From NCBI GenBank assembly GCA_045046875.1, contig JASFYY010000030.1, positions 33,525 through 97,524 of the forward strand: a stretch of DNA of 64,000 bases, written 5' to 3'. Numbering within the stretch: the stretch's first letter is position 1; every line of letters begins with the position of its first letter. Position numbers and translations under genes: made by a program. Source of the stretch: Verrucomicrobiota bacterium. Lineage in GTDB: Bacteria; Verrucomicrobiota; Verrucomicrobiia; Verrucomicrobiales; DEV007. The notes below the pieces were generated by a model. It searched no databases, was not told the DNA's origin, and was given only the letters and a program-made list of their open reading frames with translations. This document shows, in pieces, positions 49,743 to 59,555 of this stretch.

Positions 49743-50630
49743 TTATTGATTTTCTCTTGTACCAATGGAATCCCGGTGGTCTTTAGCGGCGGCGAGGAAG
49801 CTCATCATTCCCTCTTCGTCCACCTCTTCCAATAAGGCAAGCGTTTCGCCCAGCTTCGCTTGCAGCTGCTTCAACTCCCCCATCACCGCATGTCTATTCT
49901 CCAATAAAATTTCCGTCCACATCTCCGGAGCCCCTGAAGCGATCCGAGTGCTGTCAATAAAACCCGTTCCCGCCAACGAAGCCGCTCTGCTGCCTTCCAA
50001 AAAGGCTACTTCAACCATCACCGATGCTAATAAATGTGGCAAATGACTGATCCGAGCGACCAGCCGGTCATGCTCCCCTGCATCCATCACACAAGTTCTC
50101 ATGCCAATGTTCTGCCAAAACAATTCCAACTTAGCTACAGTTGATTGTGTGTTGGACTTTGCCGCAGGAGTGAGGACACAAGGGGCCAACGAGAACAAAT
50201 CAGCCCTGGCATGATCCAGCCCCATTTTCTCCGACCCTGCCATCGGGTGACTGCCCACGCAGATCACTTCAGAGTCAGTGAAAATCTCACTGAAAGTGTT
50301 CATCACCGGAGCTTTCACACTACCTACGTCAGTGATCACACATTGCCCGGTAATCACTCCGCTTGACTGAATCGCCCGGCAAAGCTCTGCCATGATGCCC
50401 ACGGGGGTCGCTAAGATCACCAAGTCAGCGTTCTGCAAAACTTCACCAAGATCGGTCGAGGCCAAATCGGCCATTGCCCGCTTGCGAATTTCTTCGATCA
50501 CTGAGCTGCGTCGGCCCCAAAGGCTGACTTTGCGGTCAGGAGAAAACTTTTGAATTGCCAGTGCCAGAGATCCCCCTAACAAACCCGGCCCCAAAATGGC
50601 AATACGACGGAAATCCAAAGCTTTGCTCAC
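49743..50630 (-). CDS. tyrA: Prephenate/arogenate dehydrogenase
   Basis: GPGLLGGS, DVGSVK, HPMAGSE, HD...SHLPH. Confidence 0.9.
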   Translation of the reverse strand: MSKALDFRRIAILGPGLLGGSLALAIQKFSPDRKVSLWGRRSSVIEEIRKRAMADLASTDLGEVLQNADLVILATPVGIMAELCRAIQSSGVITGQCVITDVGSVKAPVMNTFSEIFTDSEVICVGSHPMAGSEKMGLDHARADLFSLAPCVLTPAAKSNTQSTVAKLELFWQNIGMRTCVMDAGEHDRLVARISHLPHLLASVMVEVAFLEGSRAASLAGTGFIDSTRIASGAPEMWTEILLENRHAVMGELKQLQAKLGETLALLEEVDEEGMMSFLAAAKDHRDSIGTRENQ

Positions 50631-50699
50631 AGTTAATAGAGTGGTGTCGATAGGGGTATCGACCTTTCCACCATAGGCGTATTGTTCGAAACCTTTTGT

Positions 50700-51278
50700 T
50701 TAAGGCACACGAAAGTAAATTTTCTTACCGGGTTTGGTGGGATCGGGAATTTCAACCGGAGTGCCCGGAGCAATTCCTCGCACATCGATCTCACCCAATC
50801 CATCATGCGGAGATGGCAAGGTCACAAAACCACCTTTGCCAGGAACCGGTTTTCCAAAAGGGTAAGATTTCAAGTTGCTTGGCGGGCTGGACTTGGAACC
50901 TCCCGTTCCCGTTTTAGCCGTATCTCCACTTTTGGGATCCTTCTTCCCATCTGCAGGCGGTTTATTGCCTGTTGTATCACCAGGAGTTGACCCCAGATTA
51001 CCGTTAGCGGGTGGAGGACTGCCGGCACCAAAACGACTGCCTTCAGCATTACCTGCAGCGTCGGCTGTAGTGGCATTAGCATCCCCTCCCTCAAAACCAA
51101 AACGATTCTTTTTTTCCTGGTCTGCCGGCGCATTGGGATCCTTTTGAACGTCTTGCGTTCCTCCGTGACCGTAACGTGAAGGTTTGTTCCAAATCGCGGC
51201 ATCCTGTGGGGGGGTACTTTCGCACGCGATCATGCCTAGAGCAGCTCCTGTTGTCACTATGACTAAAATAGATTTCAT
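50700..51278 (-). CDS. Lipoprotein with a G/P-rich linker
   Basis: Lipobox IAC; C-terminal PVPGKGGFV...IDVRG...FRVP motif. Confidence 0.7.
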   Translation of the reverse strand: MKSILVIVTTGAALGMIACESTPPQDAAIWNKPSRYGHGGTQDVQKDPNAPADQEKKNRFGFEGGDANATTADAAGNAEGSRFGAGSPPPANGNLGSTPGDTTGNKPPADGKKDPKSGDTAKTGTGGSKSSPPSNLKSYPFGKPVPGKGGFVTLPSPHDGLGEIDVRGIAPGTPVEIPDPTKPGKKIYFRVP

Positions 51279-51384
51279 TATAGATTATTTAATCCTGGTT
51301 GAAACACGGGGTTCCTGCTGAAAAACACAGCGCTAGCTGCCCGAGTCGACGCATAATAGTGAAAAAAGCCTTAATTCTCAAGTT

Positions 51385-52485
51385 TTATCTACTCTCTTTC
51401 AAAATTCGGAACTTTCCCCGTGAACGGCGAATCAGACGTTTCCATTCTTTCACATCTTCGCTTTTTGGCTGAAAGCCAATAAACTGGATGACCGCCGGAG
51501 TGGTTAAGGCCGCTTGTTGCCCAGCTAATAGTTTTTTCAAATGGTCATAGGGAATATCCGAAATCCCCCCTCCCACCCGCCATTGAAAGCTCGCATCGGA
51601 AATCAATAGAATAAGATCCGGTTTCATCTTAAAGGCTTGTTCCAATACCGCGGCCAAGCCTCTTGGATTGGATACCACCCCCTTTCCTGACATCGTGCCA
51701 CTTTCGACCCACTCGTTTTCAACCCATTTGCGGGCGTTGTTTTTATTGCCATCTGTTGCGGACAATAATTCGGAGCTGAACATTTTGAAATTCTGAGTAA
51801 ACTGAATCATCGAAAATTTTGAAGTAATCGGCAGACCTTCTATCAATTTCAACGTTTCTTCTTTAACCCGCTCTAGCGGAATTCCCAGTGACCGGGCTTT
51901 GTTCACCACGCTTGAGGACACATCAAAGAGCAAAATAATGCGCTCCCCCTCCGCCTGCATGCCAAAAAAGCTCAATCCTCCTCCGTCCCCCTTGCCTCCA
52001 CCGCCTTTGAGGCCATTTCCCAAACCACTTCCCAATCCGGCAGTTCCGACCAAGCCTGCCACCTGATCCGATATCAACTGCGAAGGATCCAAAGGCAGCA
52101 TTTGATCCATGTTTACTGTTGGCAAATCAGGCAAAGCAAAATCGATGGGACGGATACTGGCCAGTTTATCAGTGAACACGGGCTTGGGAGTCATCGCTTC
52201 GTGTTTTAATAAATTCATTTTCTGCTCTGGAATACGCGGAGGAATCTTGACCAGTTTTTTCACCTCGAACACCGCTTCAGGTTGTTTCCAATATCGAGCC
52301 ACCGTCCACAAACCGAATAAAACCAAGGCGATCACGTGCACGGCTATGCTGCCCACAATGATAGAAAAAATGACTCCCCGGCGACGGTTCTCAATAATTT
52401 TCTTTTTATTAAACACAGAGGCCGCTTCCGAAGCGGGCTTTTTTTTCGCCGCCCCAGACATTTTATCGAGTTTGACAGTAATCAT
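51385..52485 (-). CDS. Membrane-anchored vWA domain protein with a TonB/TolA-like TM
   Basis: TM containing SIAVH; Pro/Gly-rich linker; MIDAS-like DVSSS and SD. Confidence 0.75.
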   Translation of the reverse strand: MITVKLDKMSGAAKKKPASEAASVFNKKKIIENRRRGVIFSIIVGSIAVHVIALVLFGLWTVARYWKQPEAVFEVKKLVKIPPRIPEQKMNLLKHEAMTPKPVFTDKLASIRPIDFALPDLPTVNMDQMLPLDPSQLISDQVAGLVGTAGLGSGLGNGLKGGGGKGDGGGLSFFGMQAEGERIILLFDVSSSVVNKARSLGIPLERVKEETLKLIEGLPITSKFSMIQFTQNFKMFSSELLSATDGNKNNARKWVENEWVESGTMSGKGVVSNPRGLAAVLEQAFKMKPDLILLISDASFQWRVGGGISDIPYDHLKKLLAGQQAALTTPAVIQFIGFQPKSEDVKEWKRLIRRSRGKFRILKESR

Positions 52486-52937
52486 AACGAGCTCCCTTCT
52501 TCATTGCCCGCCGCAAAGGTCACGCCTTTGATCCGAGCCACCGCACAGGCATTGAGCACATCAACGATGCGCTGATGTTTGACCGCATCTTCCGGAGCCA
52601 GAGTGATCAAGGCCTCAGAACGATTTCTCTCCGATGCCAATTTGAACCGTTTTAATACGGTTACCAGCTGGGTCAAAGCCCTATCCCCGGGATCACCCAA
52701 AACCTGCTCATTGAGCACCACCTGCCCTGATTCTAAAATAACGATGCGTTGTTCATCTGGTATATCCAACACCTCTTCCTGGCTCACCTGCCCCGGCAGA
52801 GCGATGGAAATATCAGCCTCCGGCTTGATCGGTTTTGAAGTCACCATGAAAAACACCAATAACAGAAAGACCATGTCTATCATCGGGGTCATCTGCATTT
52901 CCACCACCTTTGGGATTTTGTATTTTTTACGTATCAT
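52482..52937 (-). CDS. exbD: ExbD/TolR family protein
   Basis: MTPMIDMVFLLLVFFMV. Confidence 0.9.
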   Translation of the reverse strand: MIRKKYKIPKVVEMQMTPMIDMVFLLLVFFMVTSKPIKPEADISIALPGQVSQEEVLDIPDEQRIVILESGQVVLNEQVLGDPGDRALTQLVTVLKRFKLASERNRSEALITLAPEDAVKHQRIVDVLNACAVARIKGVTFAAGNEEGSSL

Positions 52938-53434
52938 CAGGACTTCATCCCTTTCCCTGCTTCTTTGCGATAAGTTCCAAAAATCACATCCAGCGCCCCA
53001 GCCTCTGTCGCCATTTGCATGAACTCACGAATTTTCACTGCAGGCGTATCCTGATCCGCCCGCAAATAAATCCGTAGTGGCGGGAAGTTCTCGAAACGTT
53101 TTTTTAAATAAGCAGCCATCTGCTCCCGCGATTGTCGCTGGTCACCGATATAATAAACACCCTGCCCATCGATATTGATCGTATCACGATTTTTTAAATC
53201 CTTGGGCACCACAGAGCTCATTGCAGAAGGCAAACGAATCTCGCGCTTCCGGCTTTCATCTGTCATACGCGTCGTGACCATGAAAAAGATCAACAGTAAA
53301 AAAGTCATGTCAATCATTGGCGTCATTTGGAATGACACTTCATCGTCGTTGGCTCTTTTTCTTACGCGGGTCATTTTTTTGGGGAAGGAGTTAGAATTTT
53401 TTGGTAGTAGGCTTTTAGTAATTTGAGTCTTCAA
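52937..53434 (-). CDS. exbD: ExbD/TolR family protein
   Basis: MTPMIDMTFLLLIFFMV, LRAD. Confidence 0.9.
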   Translation of the reverse strand: MKTQITKSLLPKNSNSFPKKMTRVRKRANDDEVSFQMTPMIDMTFLLLIFFMVTTRMTDESRKREIRLPSAMSSVVPKDLKNRDTINIDGQGVYYIGDQRQSREQMAAYLKKRFENFPPLRIYLRADQDTPAVKIREFMQMATEAGALDVIFGTYRKEAGKGMKS

Positions 53435-53492
53435 ATGTTTTAGCTTTCTCTTTCATTTTAATCTTCTCCATTCTGAATCCTGTCTCCTTCTT

Positions 53493-54320
53493 TCACTCTT
53501 CCAAACGAATCTCTCCTGATAAAATATCTATCGCGAAAGAAGCATTTTTTTGAATCAAGGAAACGGTTGCCATCAGTTTGTTGCGGAAATAAAAGTAAAA
53601 AAACATCGCCGGAATTCCCACCAACAAACCACCCGCCGTGGTTCCCATTGCTTTCTTGATCCCACCAGCCAAATCCTGGGGTTCGGCGTTACCACTGGCG
53701 AGCTGGTCAAAACTTTCGATCATTCCCCAAACCGTGCCGAGCAAACCGATCATCGGTGCCAGAGTGGCAAAAACATTAAGGTAATTGACCCATACCATTT
53801 GTTTGAGTTCTTCTTGATCCAAAACCTCCCCCGCAGCTTCGTCCATCGACGATTTGTTTGCTTTGTCCCGATCAAAATTCACTTTTAATAAAGCTGAAGA
53901 TATCACATTGCTGTAACTGCTAAGGCTGGCTTGACACAAATTATACGCGCTGCTCACATCCTTTCCCGCCATCGCGTGATTGATCTGCTCTACTTGTGAA
54001 TGCGGAGTCATTTTGCGCGGTGTGATCTGAACAAAACAGTAAACAATCACCGCGATGGTGCCGATCGAACACAATAACAATACGTGCATGAACCAGCCAC
54101 CCTCGGAATAAACATCCAAGGCCGAACGGGTCTCGTCAGGCTCCGGATCTGTCGCTTGAGCCGTTTCCCCTGCTTTGTTGGCTTGTGTTTCTTCCCCTTC
54201 GCTGTTTTTTTGCGCACTCGCCTGTGGAGCTGATGCAAATAACAATGTTGTCAGTAACAAACAGCAAAGGATCATTGCTCTATTGTAAAACCCTTCAATC
54301 AATCGTTTTTTATTTTTCAT
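53493..54320 (-). CDS. MotA/TolQ/ExbB proton channel
   Basis: APMIGLLGTVWGMI, LAGGI, TTAGGLLVGIPA. Confidence 0.92.
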   Translation of the reverse strand: MKNKKRLIEGFYNRAMILCCLLLTTLLFASAPQASAQKNSEGEETQANKAGETAQATDPEPDETRSALDVYSEGGWFMHVLLLCSIGTIAVIVYCFVQITPRKMTPHSQVEQINHAMAGKDVSSAYNLCQASLSSYSNVISSALLKVNFDRDKANKSSMDEAAGEVLDQEELKQMVWVNYLNVFATLAPMIGLLGTVWGMIESFDQLASGNAEPQDLAGGIKKAMGTTAGGLLVGIPAMFFYFYFRNKLMATVSLIQKNASFAIDILSGEIRLEE

Positions 54321-55239
54321 TATTTAAATTTGCTTTGGCGGCATTGATTACCTCCAATTTGCGTTTTGCCTGCGCGCCCATTGGGGACAGCGCATAGATC
54401 TGCAACACATCTTGCAGGACTTCCTTGCTACGTTTCCAGTCTTCAACAAAATCATACAAAGCAGCGCTCCCCATCAACCCGCGCACCGCCGCATCTTCCC
54501 TGGTGCCGTGGAAAAGATACGGGGTCAGGTAATGATCGAGCGCCTGGTGATAGAGTTGATCACGCACAGGCTTGAGCTCGTCATCTTCGTACCACACCGG
54601 GTTCTCTTTTTGTAATTCCCTCAGTTGTCTAAATTTTATTTCAGCCAGTAAAAGGTTAGCTTCCACGATCATGGATCCACTGGTATTTTCGACGATGATG
54701 TTTTCCGCCGAATGGATTGCCCCGGCGATTTTCCCTTGTAGCACTAAAACCCTTATTTTGCCCAAGCGGGCTTTGTCGCGCACCGCTTCGTCCCAGGCCT
54801 TGTCTTCGATCAAAGTGTATAACTCCATCGCCTGCGTCCAGAAGTACACCGAATCCTCCGACTTTAGCGCCAGGGCATATAGCAAGCCAATTTGCCCCGC
54901 ATTAGAACGGGGTTGGTCCAAATAGCCCCCCTTGGCATTCCATATTTTTTGTAAAACCAGCCGATTAAAAGGTGATTTTTGTTTTAATAGTTCAGCTTCT
55001 TTTTCGGATTGGAAAAAATCTATGTAATCCACCTTGCTGAGCGGAAAGGAGCGTTGCACTTGCCGCGACCTTCCTCGTTGTGCTTCACGACTGAGCACAA
55101 AATTGATCGTCTTTTGCGTGACACTCAAAATTTGACATCTCACCTCCTGCCCGGTTTTTAAATGCAACACATCAGTCGCCCACACCTCGCTGGTTAAAAA
55201 AAAGCATGCAAACACCAGACTTAGAAAACACCTCATCAC
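54310..55239 (-). CDS. Exported TPR-like protein
   Basis: Signal peptide, DVLHLKTG N-terminal domain, helical repeats. Confidence 0.7.
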   Translation of the reverse strand: MMRCFLSLVFACFFLTSEVWATDVLHLKTGQEVRCQILSVTQKTINFVLSREAQRGRSRQVQRSFPLSKVDYIDFFQSEKEAELLKQKSPFNRLVLQKIWNAKGGYLDQPRSNAGQIGLLYALALKSEDSVYFWTQAMELYTLIEDKAWDEAVRDKARLGKIRVLVLQGKIAGAIHSAENIIVENTSGSMIVEANLLLAEIKFRQLRELQKENPVWYEDDELKPVRDQLYHQALDHYLTPYLFHGTREDAAVRGLMGSAALYDFVEDWKRSKEVLQDVLQIYALSPMGAQAKRKLEVINAAKANLNNEK

Positions 55240-58082
55240 AGCTCCCCCTTCTCAAGTCGCAACTTTTCCAACCTTTCCGTTGCCAGATCAAATTCCGCAA
55301 AACTTTTCAAATTATCGCGACTGGTCAGTTCGGCGTAAACCTCTTCGGCCTCCCGCGGTTTTGTCATTTTCTCCAGGGCCTCACCACGTCTCCAATAAGC
55401 ACGCGCCACCAATTCTCCAAATTTTCCATACACCACATAGATCCTCTCATAATAAGCGGCGGCTTTGAGACTTTGCTGTTGATCCATCAGCAGCTCCCCC
55501 GAAGCGAACAAAGCCAACGCTTTGCTGCGACTCGACACTATCGGATTCTCAAGAAGTTCCTGTAGCACTTCCTGAGCCTCATCGCTGCGGCCAAACCCTG
55601 CCAATAATCGCGCGCGATCTAACTTCAACTGAGACATCAACGTGGTGGAAGCCGTCGATTTTTCAGCTCTTTCATAATAATAAAGAGCGCGTTTGTTCTC
55701 ATCGTTCGCTTCGGCAATTTTCCCCAAGCCGGAAAAAATACGATCCCGCTCCACGGCTCCAGGATGCCACTTTTTAACCGTTTGATATAAATCCCGCGCC
55801 AGAGTGTGATTGCCCATGGCTAGTTGCGCATCCGCACAATCCACCGTGATGCGTGGCTGATCCACTTTACCATCCACTTCAGTTGTCGCTGCGAGCAACG
55901 CAACACGGTAGGATTTCACATCGCGTCCGCGGTGAACTTGTGCCATGCCCCAGGAACAGCGCAGACTCAGAACTCGCTGTTTTTTCTGCTGCGCCATTTT
56001 TTTGAGCTGATCAAACTTTCCCAACAAACCCCTATCACCTTGCTCGCCCGTATCACGGTAAAGTTTGGGCAAAGCCGCAATCAAATCTTCAATCGCAAGC
56101 AACCGGGCCTTATTACCATGAGTAGTCAGAACTTGCCAATACACCTCTTTGGCGCGCTCCAGTTCTCCATTCTGCCGATCCACCCAACCGATCCAATAAA
56201 TGGCCTCAGGCATACGCCTGCTGTCAGGATAGGATTGCAAAAAACCTTCAAAATGACTGCGCATTTGATCCAACTGATCCGTCAAGCGCAGCGCCTTGCC
56301 TATTTTGAACCAGCCATCTTCAAAAAAGCGCTTCGACTTTGGATTGATTTTACGATAAACCCGAGTTCCTTCATCTATCCTGCCCTCTCCCAGATAAGCA
56401 TCCCCCAGCAATAAACGGGCTTCGTCCAACAAAACATGGTTTTTATGCTGGGAAATAAATGCCGCAAACAAGTCTGACGCGAGCACGTTATCCCCCAAAG
56501 CAAACACACAATAGGCCAAACGAAATTCAGCTTCGATCCAGTATTTCCCCGCCTTGCCGTGTCTGTTTAAATAGCGTTCCAGACCTAGCTTGGCCTTTTC
56601 ATACTCACTCGAAAAAGACCAGCTCATCGCCGTCCAATAATCCGCATCATCATTCAACAAATGTTGTGGGTAACGTTGCCTGAGTTGATCAAAATGATAA
56701 ACAGCGCCTTCACTGTCATCCTGCACAAGATACATATAGGCTTGCATGAACAGCGCCGCTGGAGCTTGTTCATTTTTGGGAAACCTTTCCGCCAGTTCCC
56801 CGTAAGCCCTTGCCGCCTGTCGGTTATTGTGCTCTTGCCGGAAAGCTTCCGCTTTCAAAAACAAAGCTTGAGGCAAGTATTTAGCCTCTTCCCATGATCC
56901 GAAACGCTTTAAATACAAATCAGCAACCTCGACCACCTTCGGCCAGCGCTCAATTTGAGCCCAGCACTGCATTTGCGCCAAACTGGCCGAGTCGACAACC
57001 GAATCCGCAGGCATCTTTTTTAGCATTGCCCCCATCACCAAAGCCGCTTCGCGGTAGCGTTCTTGTGATTGAAACGCTATAGCCAGACGCAGACGCAAAC
57101 CCGAATCAAAATTTTCCATTTGTTCCAATTGCCCGACTTCACGCTCCACCCGGCGAATGATCGCCTTGATTTGAAATAACACCGCTTGCCGTCCCTGTTG
57201 TTGACTCAATTTATGTTCACGTAGACGCAGTTTGATCAACCTCTCTTGCTGATACTTCAATAGCTTCGCTTTCGGCCACACCCGCTGTAGGCAAATGATC
57301 GACTTGCGGTATTGTTTTTGTTCTAAAAAATCAACTCCCAACTGCAAAGCCAGTAATTGGAAGCTCACTACTTGGGTTATATTTTTAATTTCAACCGATT
57401 CAGCTTGAACCAAGTGCAAAGCTTGATCATCCTCGCCCGCTTTGATCAAGGCATGCAAACGCAAAACCACAGCTCTGCCTGCGGCCTCGGGTGCTCGTTT
57501 GCGCATTTTCGGAATCTGATCCTTGAGAAAATCCGCTGCCGCTTTATCAAAATCCTGCATCAGATACAAACCCGCGAACAATAACAAAGCTTCATAGCGT
57601 TTGAACACTTCGTGTTTCTCATTCGACCAGTATTCACCAAAACCTTCTTGCGCTGCGACCAGCTCCCCTGCCTGCATCAGGCAAATAGGTCGCCAAAAAC
57701 CCAGCTCATCTGCAAGTTTCTCCTTCAACTTTCCGTCCTTTAACGACTCTTCAATCAGAGGCAAGGCTTCTGCATAGCTTTTCACCCCTACCTTGGATAA
57801 AGCGAAAAAAGGGCGGTGAATACGCAGCGCTTCCTCCGCTTCGGGATTCTCCCCATAATCGCTAAAAAACTGCCCAAAAGCCAACTCGGCTGCCATAAAA
57901 TCATTTTTTTGAAATGCCGCGCGCCCTCTTTTTAATAACTCAAGCGGGGACAGGGCGGAGTCACCCCCTTGTTCCGAACCAGAATCCCCCTTAGCCGGTT
58001 CCGCCTGTTGCCCATAAATATCTGCTCTGCAAAAAAACACTGCCAACGCAATAAGAGCAGTGCCGGAGTATTTTATTCTCAT
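55236..58082 (-). CDS. Large TPR repeat protein
   Basis: 948 aa, export signal, many TPR units. Confidence 0.85.
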   Translation of the reverse strand: MRIKYSGTALIALAVFFCRADIYGQQAEPAKGDSGSEQGGDSALSPLELLKRGRAAFQKNDFMAAELAFGQFFSDYGENPEAEEALRIHRPFFALSKVGVKSYAEALPLIEESLKDGKLKEKLADELGFWRPICLMQAGELVAAQEGFGEYWSNEKHEVFKRYEALLLFAGLYLMQDFDKAAADFLKDQIPKMRKRAPEAAGRAVVLRLHALIKAGEDDQALHLVQAESVEIKNITQVVSFQLLALQLGVDFLEQKQYRKSIICLQRVWPKAKLLKYQQERLIKLRLREHKLSQQQGRQAVLFQIKAIIRRVEREVGQLEQMENFDSGLRLRLAIAFQSQERYREAALVMGAMLKKMPADSVVDSASLAQMQCWAQIERWPKVVEVADLYLKRFGSWEEAKYLPQALFLKAEAFRQEHNNRQAARAYGELAERFPKNEQAPAALFMQAYMYLVQDDSEGAVYHFDQLRQRYPQHLLNDDADYWTAMSWSFSSEYEKAKLGLERYLNRHGKAGKYWIEAEFRLAYCVFALGDNVLASDLFAAFISQHKNHVLLDEARLLLGDAYLGEGRIDEGTRVYRKINPKSKRFFEDGWFKIGKALRLTDQLDQMRSHFEGFLQSYPDSRRMPEAIYWIGWVDRQNGELERAKEVYWQVLTTHGNKARLLAIEDLIAALPKLYRDTGEQGDRGLLGKFDQLKKMAQQKKQRVLSLRCSWGMAQVHRGRDVKSYRVALLAATTEVDGKVDQPRITVDCADAQLAMGNHTLARDLYQTVKKWHPGAVERDRIFSGLGKIAEANDENKRALYYYERAEKSTASTTLMSQLKLDRARLLAGFGRSDEAQEVLQELLENPIVSSRSKALALFASGELLMDQQQSLKAAAYYERIYVVYGKFGELVARAYWRRGEALEKMTKPREAEEVYAELTSRDNLKSFAEFDLATERLEKLRLEKGEL

Positions 58083-58441
58083 CGAAAAGGTTAACTAATA
58101 ATAACCTCCTGATTAGAAACTTCCCAACAATTAAAGAAAAGAAAAAACCGTCAAATATCGTTCATTTTGAAAACAAAATTTAACAAATCAGCTAAATTAT
58201 CAATGGCCGATAATGGGATATCTAACCACTGATTTTCACAGCCGACTGAAAGGAGACAGCCGGAAATTATTACTTGAAGGCAAATAGCACTGATATGAAA
58301 ATTCAAACGAATAATATTTTCAAAAATGGGAGCGACATATCTCTTCAATTATGCTCCCTTGCACTAGGTTCAGATTCCTTTCAGGCTGTGAAATCCGAGG
58401 AAAATCTCAATTCCTCTCGGTTCTCACAAATATTCCCTCCA

Positions 58442-59164
58442 TCAACCTCCTACTTGAAACGGCAGTTCTTCATAGGGTTGGATCACCACAAAACCGGAGC
58501 CTTCAAAAAGCATCTGGAAAGATTCTCCTGAACCTCGGCCTATGAAAGTCCGGAAAGAAGCATCAGTCTTGAATTGAGGAGTCAAGCCCCCGCTCCAGGC
58601 AACCGTGGCGTTGGGGTCGGTCATCACCGGCTTGCCGGGTTCGACTACCAAGGTCACCGGATCATAATGAGTGGTCATGGCGACCATGCCGGTGCCTTCC
58701 AAGCGAATATTAAAAAGTCCTCCGCTGACCATTGCGGCAACTTTTTTCATCATCTTGATCTCGTGTTTGAGAGAAGGTTCGAAGGCCAGCACATCATTGC
58801 CATTGATGAAAATGCTTTCATTCTGCAAATTGATGATGCTCACTTTTTTCCCAGCGTCAGCTAAATAAAGTTTGCCTTGGCCATCCGCGTAAGTGATTCG
58901 CATCCCCTCACCCGAAACTGCCTTTTTAAGCAAACTCCCCAGGCCCTGGTCGAGAGCTTTCTCCCGGGTGAATTTGATATCACCATTGTAAGCCACCATC
59001 GAGCCCATTTTGGTATTGATTCGCCCGTTAAGGTTCACTTCGAGCAAACGCTCTGTCTCCATTTCAAAAAGCCCCTGCCCTTTGTCTTGTTGGGAGGTGG
59101 CTTGAATGAATTGATCAAGAGTGTAACTGGGATTATTTTCTGGGAGAGGTGGTGGATTATTCAT
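58442..59164 (-). CDS. AIM24 family protein
   Basis: GSMVAY, VSGEG, GSGESFQ, GFVVIQP. Confidence 0.85.
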   Translation of the reverse strand: MNNPPPLPENNPSYTLDQFIQATSQQDKGQGLFEMETERLLEVNLNGRINTKMGSMVAYNGDIKFTREKALDQGLGSLLKKAVSGEGMRITYADGQGKLYLADAGKKVSIINLQNESIFINGNDVLAFEPSLKHEIKMMKKVAAMVSGGLFNIRLEGTGMVAMTTHYDPVTLVVEPGKPVMTDPNATVAWSGGLTPQFKTDASFRTFIGRGSGESFQMLFEGSGFVVIQPYEELPFQVGG

Positions 59165-59315
59165 AACGGTGGAAAATATTCGTGTGAAGTGTTATCAGAA
59201 CAAGCTCTATTTCACTTTTTTTAGATCGTGCCCATCTCATTTCACCCTACACTACATTGGGGCAGGATAAAAAGTTAGCCATTGTTTATTGAAAGCTATC
59301 TTATCACACTCCCAC

Positions 59316-59542
59316 ATCATTGCGCCCTTTTAGGGCTGACAATAAAAACAATCTAACCTAGCGCTTCGCACTAGGCTATCTCATTTTGTCCTTACAGGAC
59401 AGTTTGCTTTCATCCCTTTTTGCACCAACGGTGCTCAATGATATAGCCCAGTGCGAAGCGCTGGGTAAAAACCCAATTCTTCCAGCCCTGCAAAGGGCGA
59501 AACGCATGGTGCTCAGCAGCTTAACTATTTTGTCTTACACCC
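59316..59542 (-). repeat. About 230-bp palindromic REP/REPIN-like element, copy 2
   Basis: Reverse-complement near-copy of 42268-42497. Confidence 0.8.
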
Positions 59543-59555
59543 AAGGTCGCATAGT

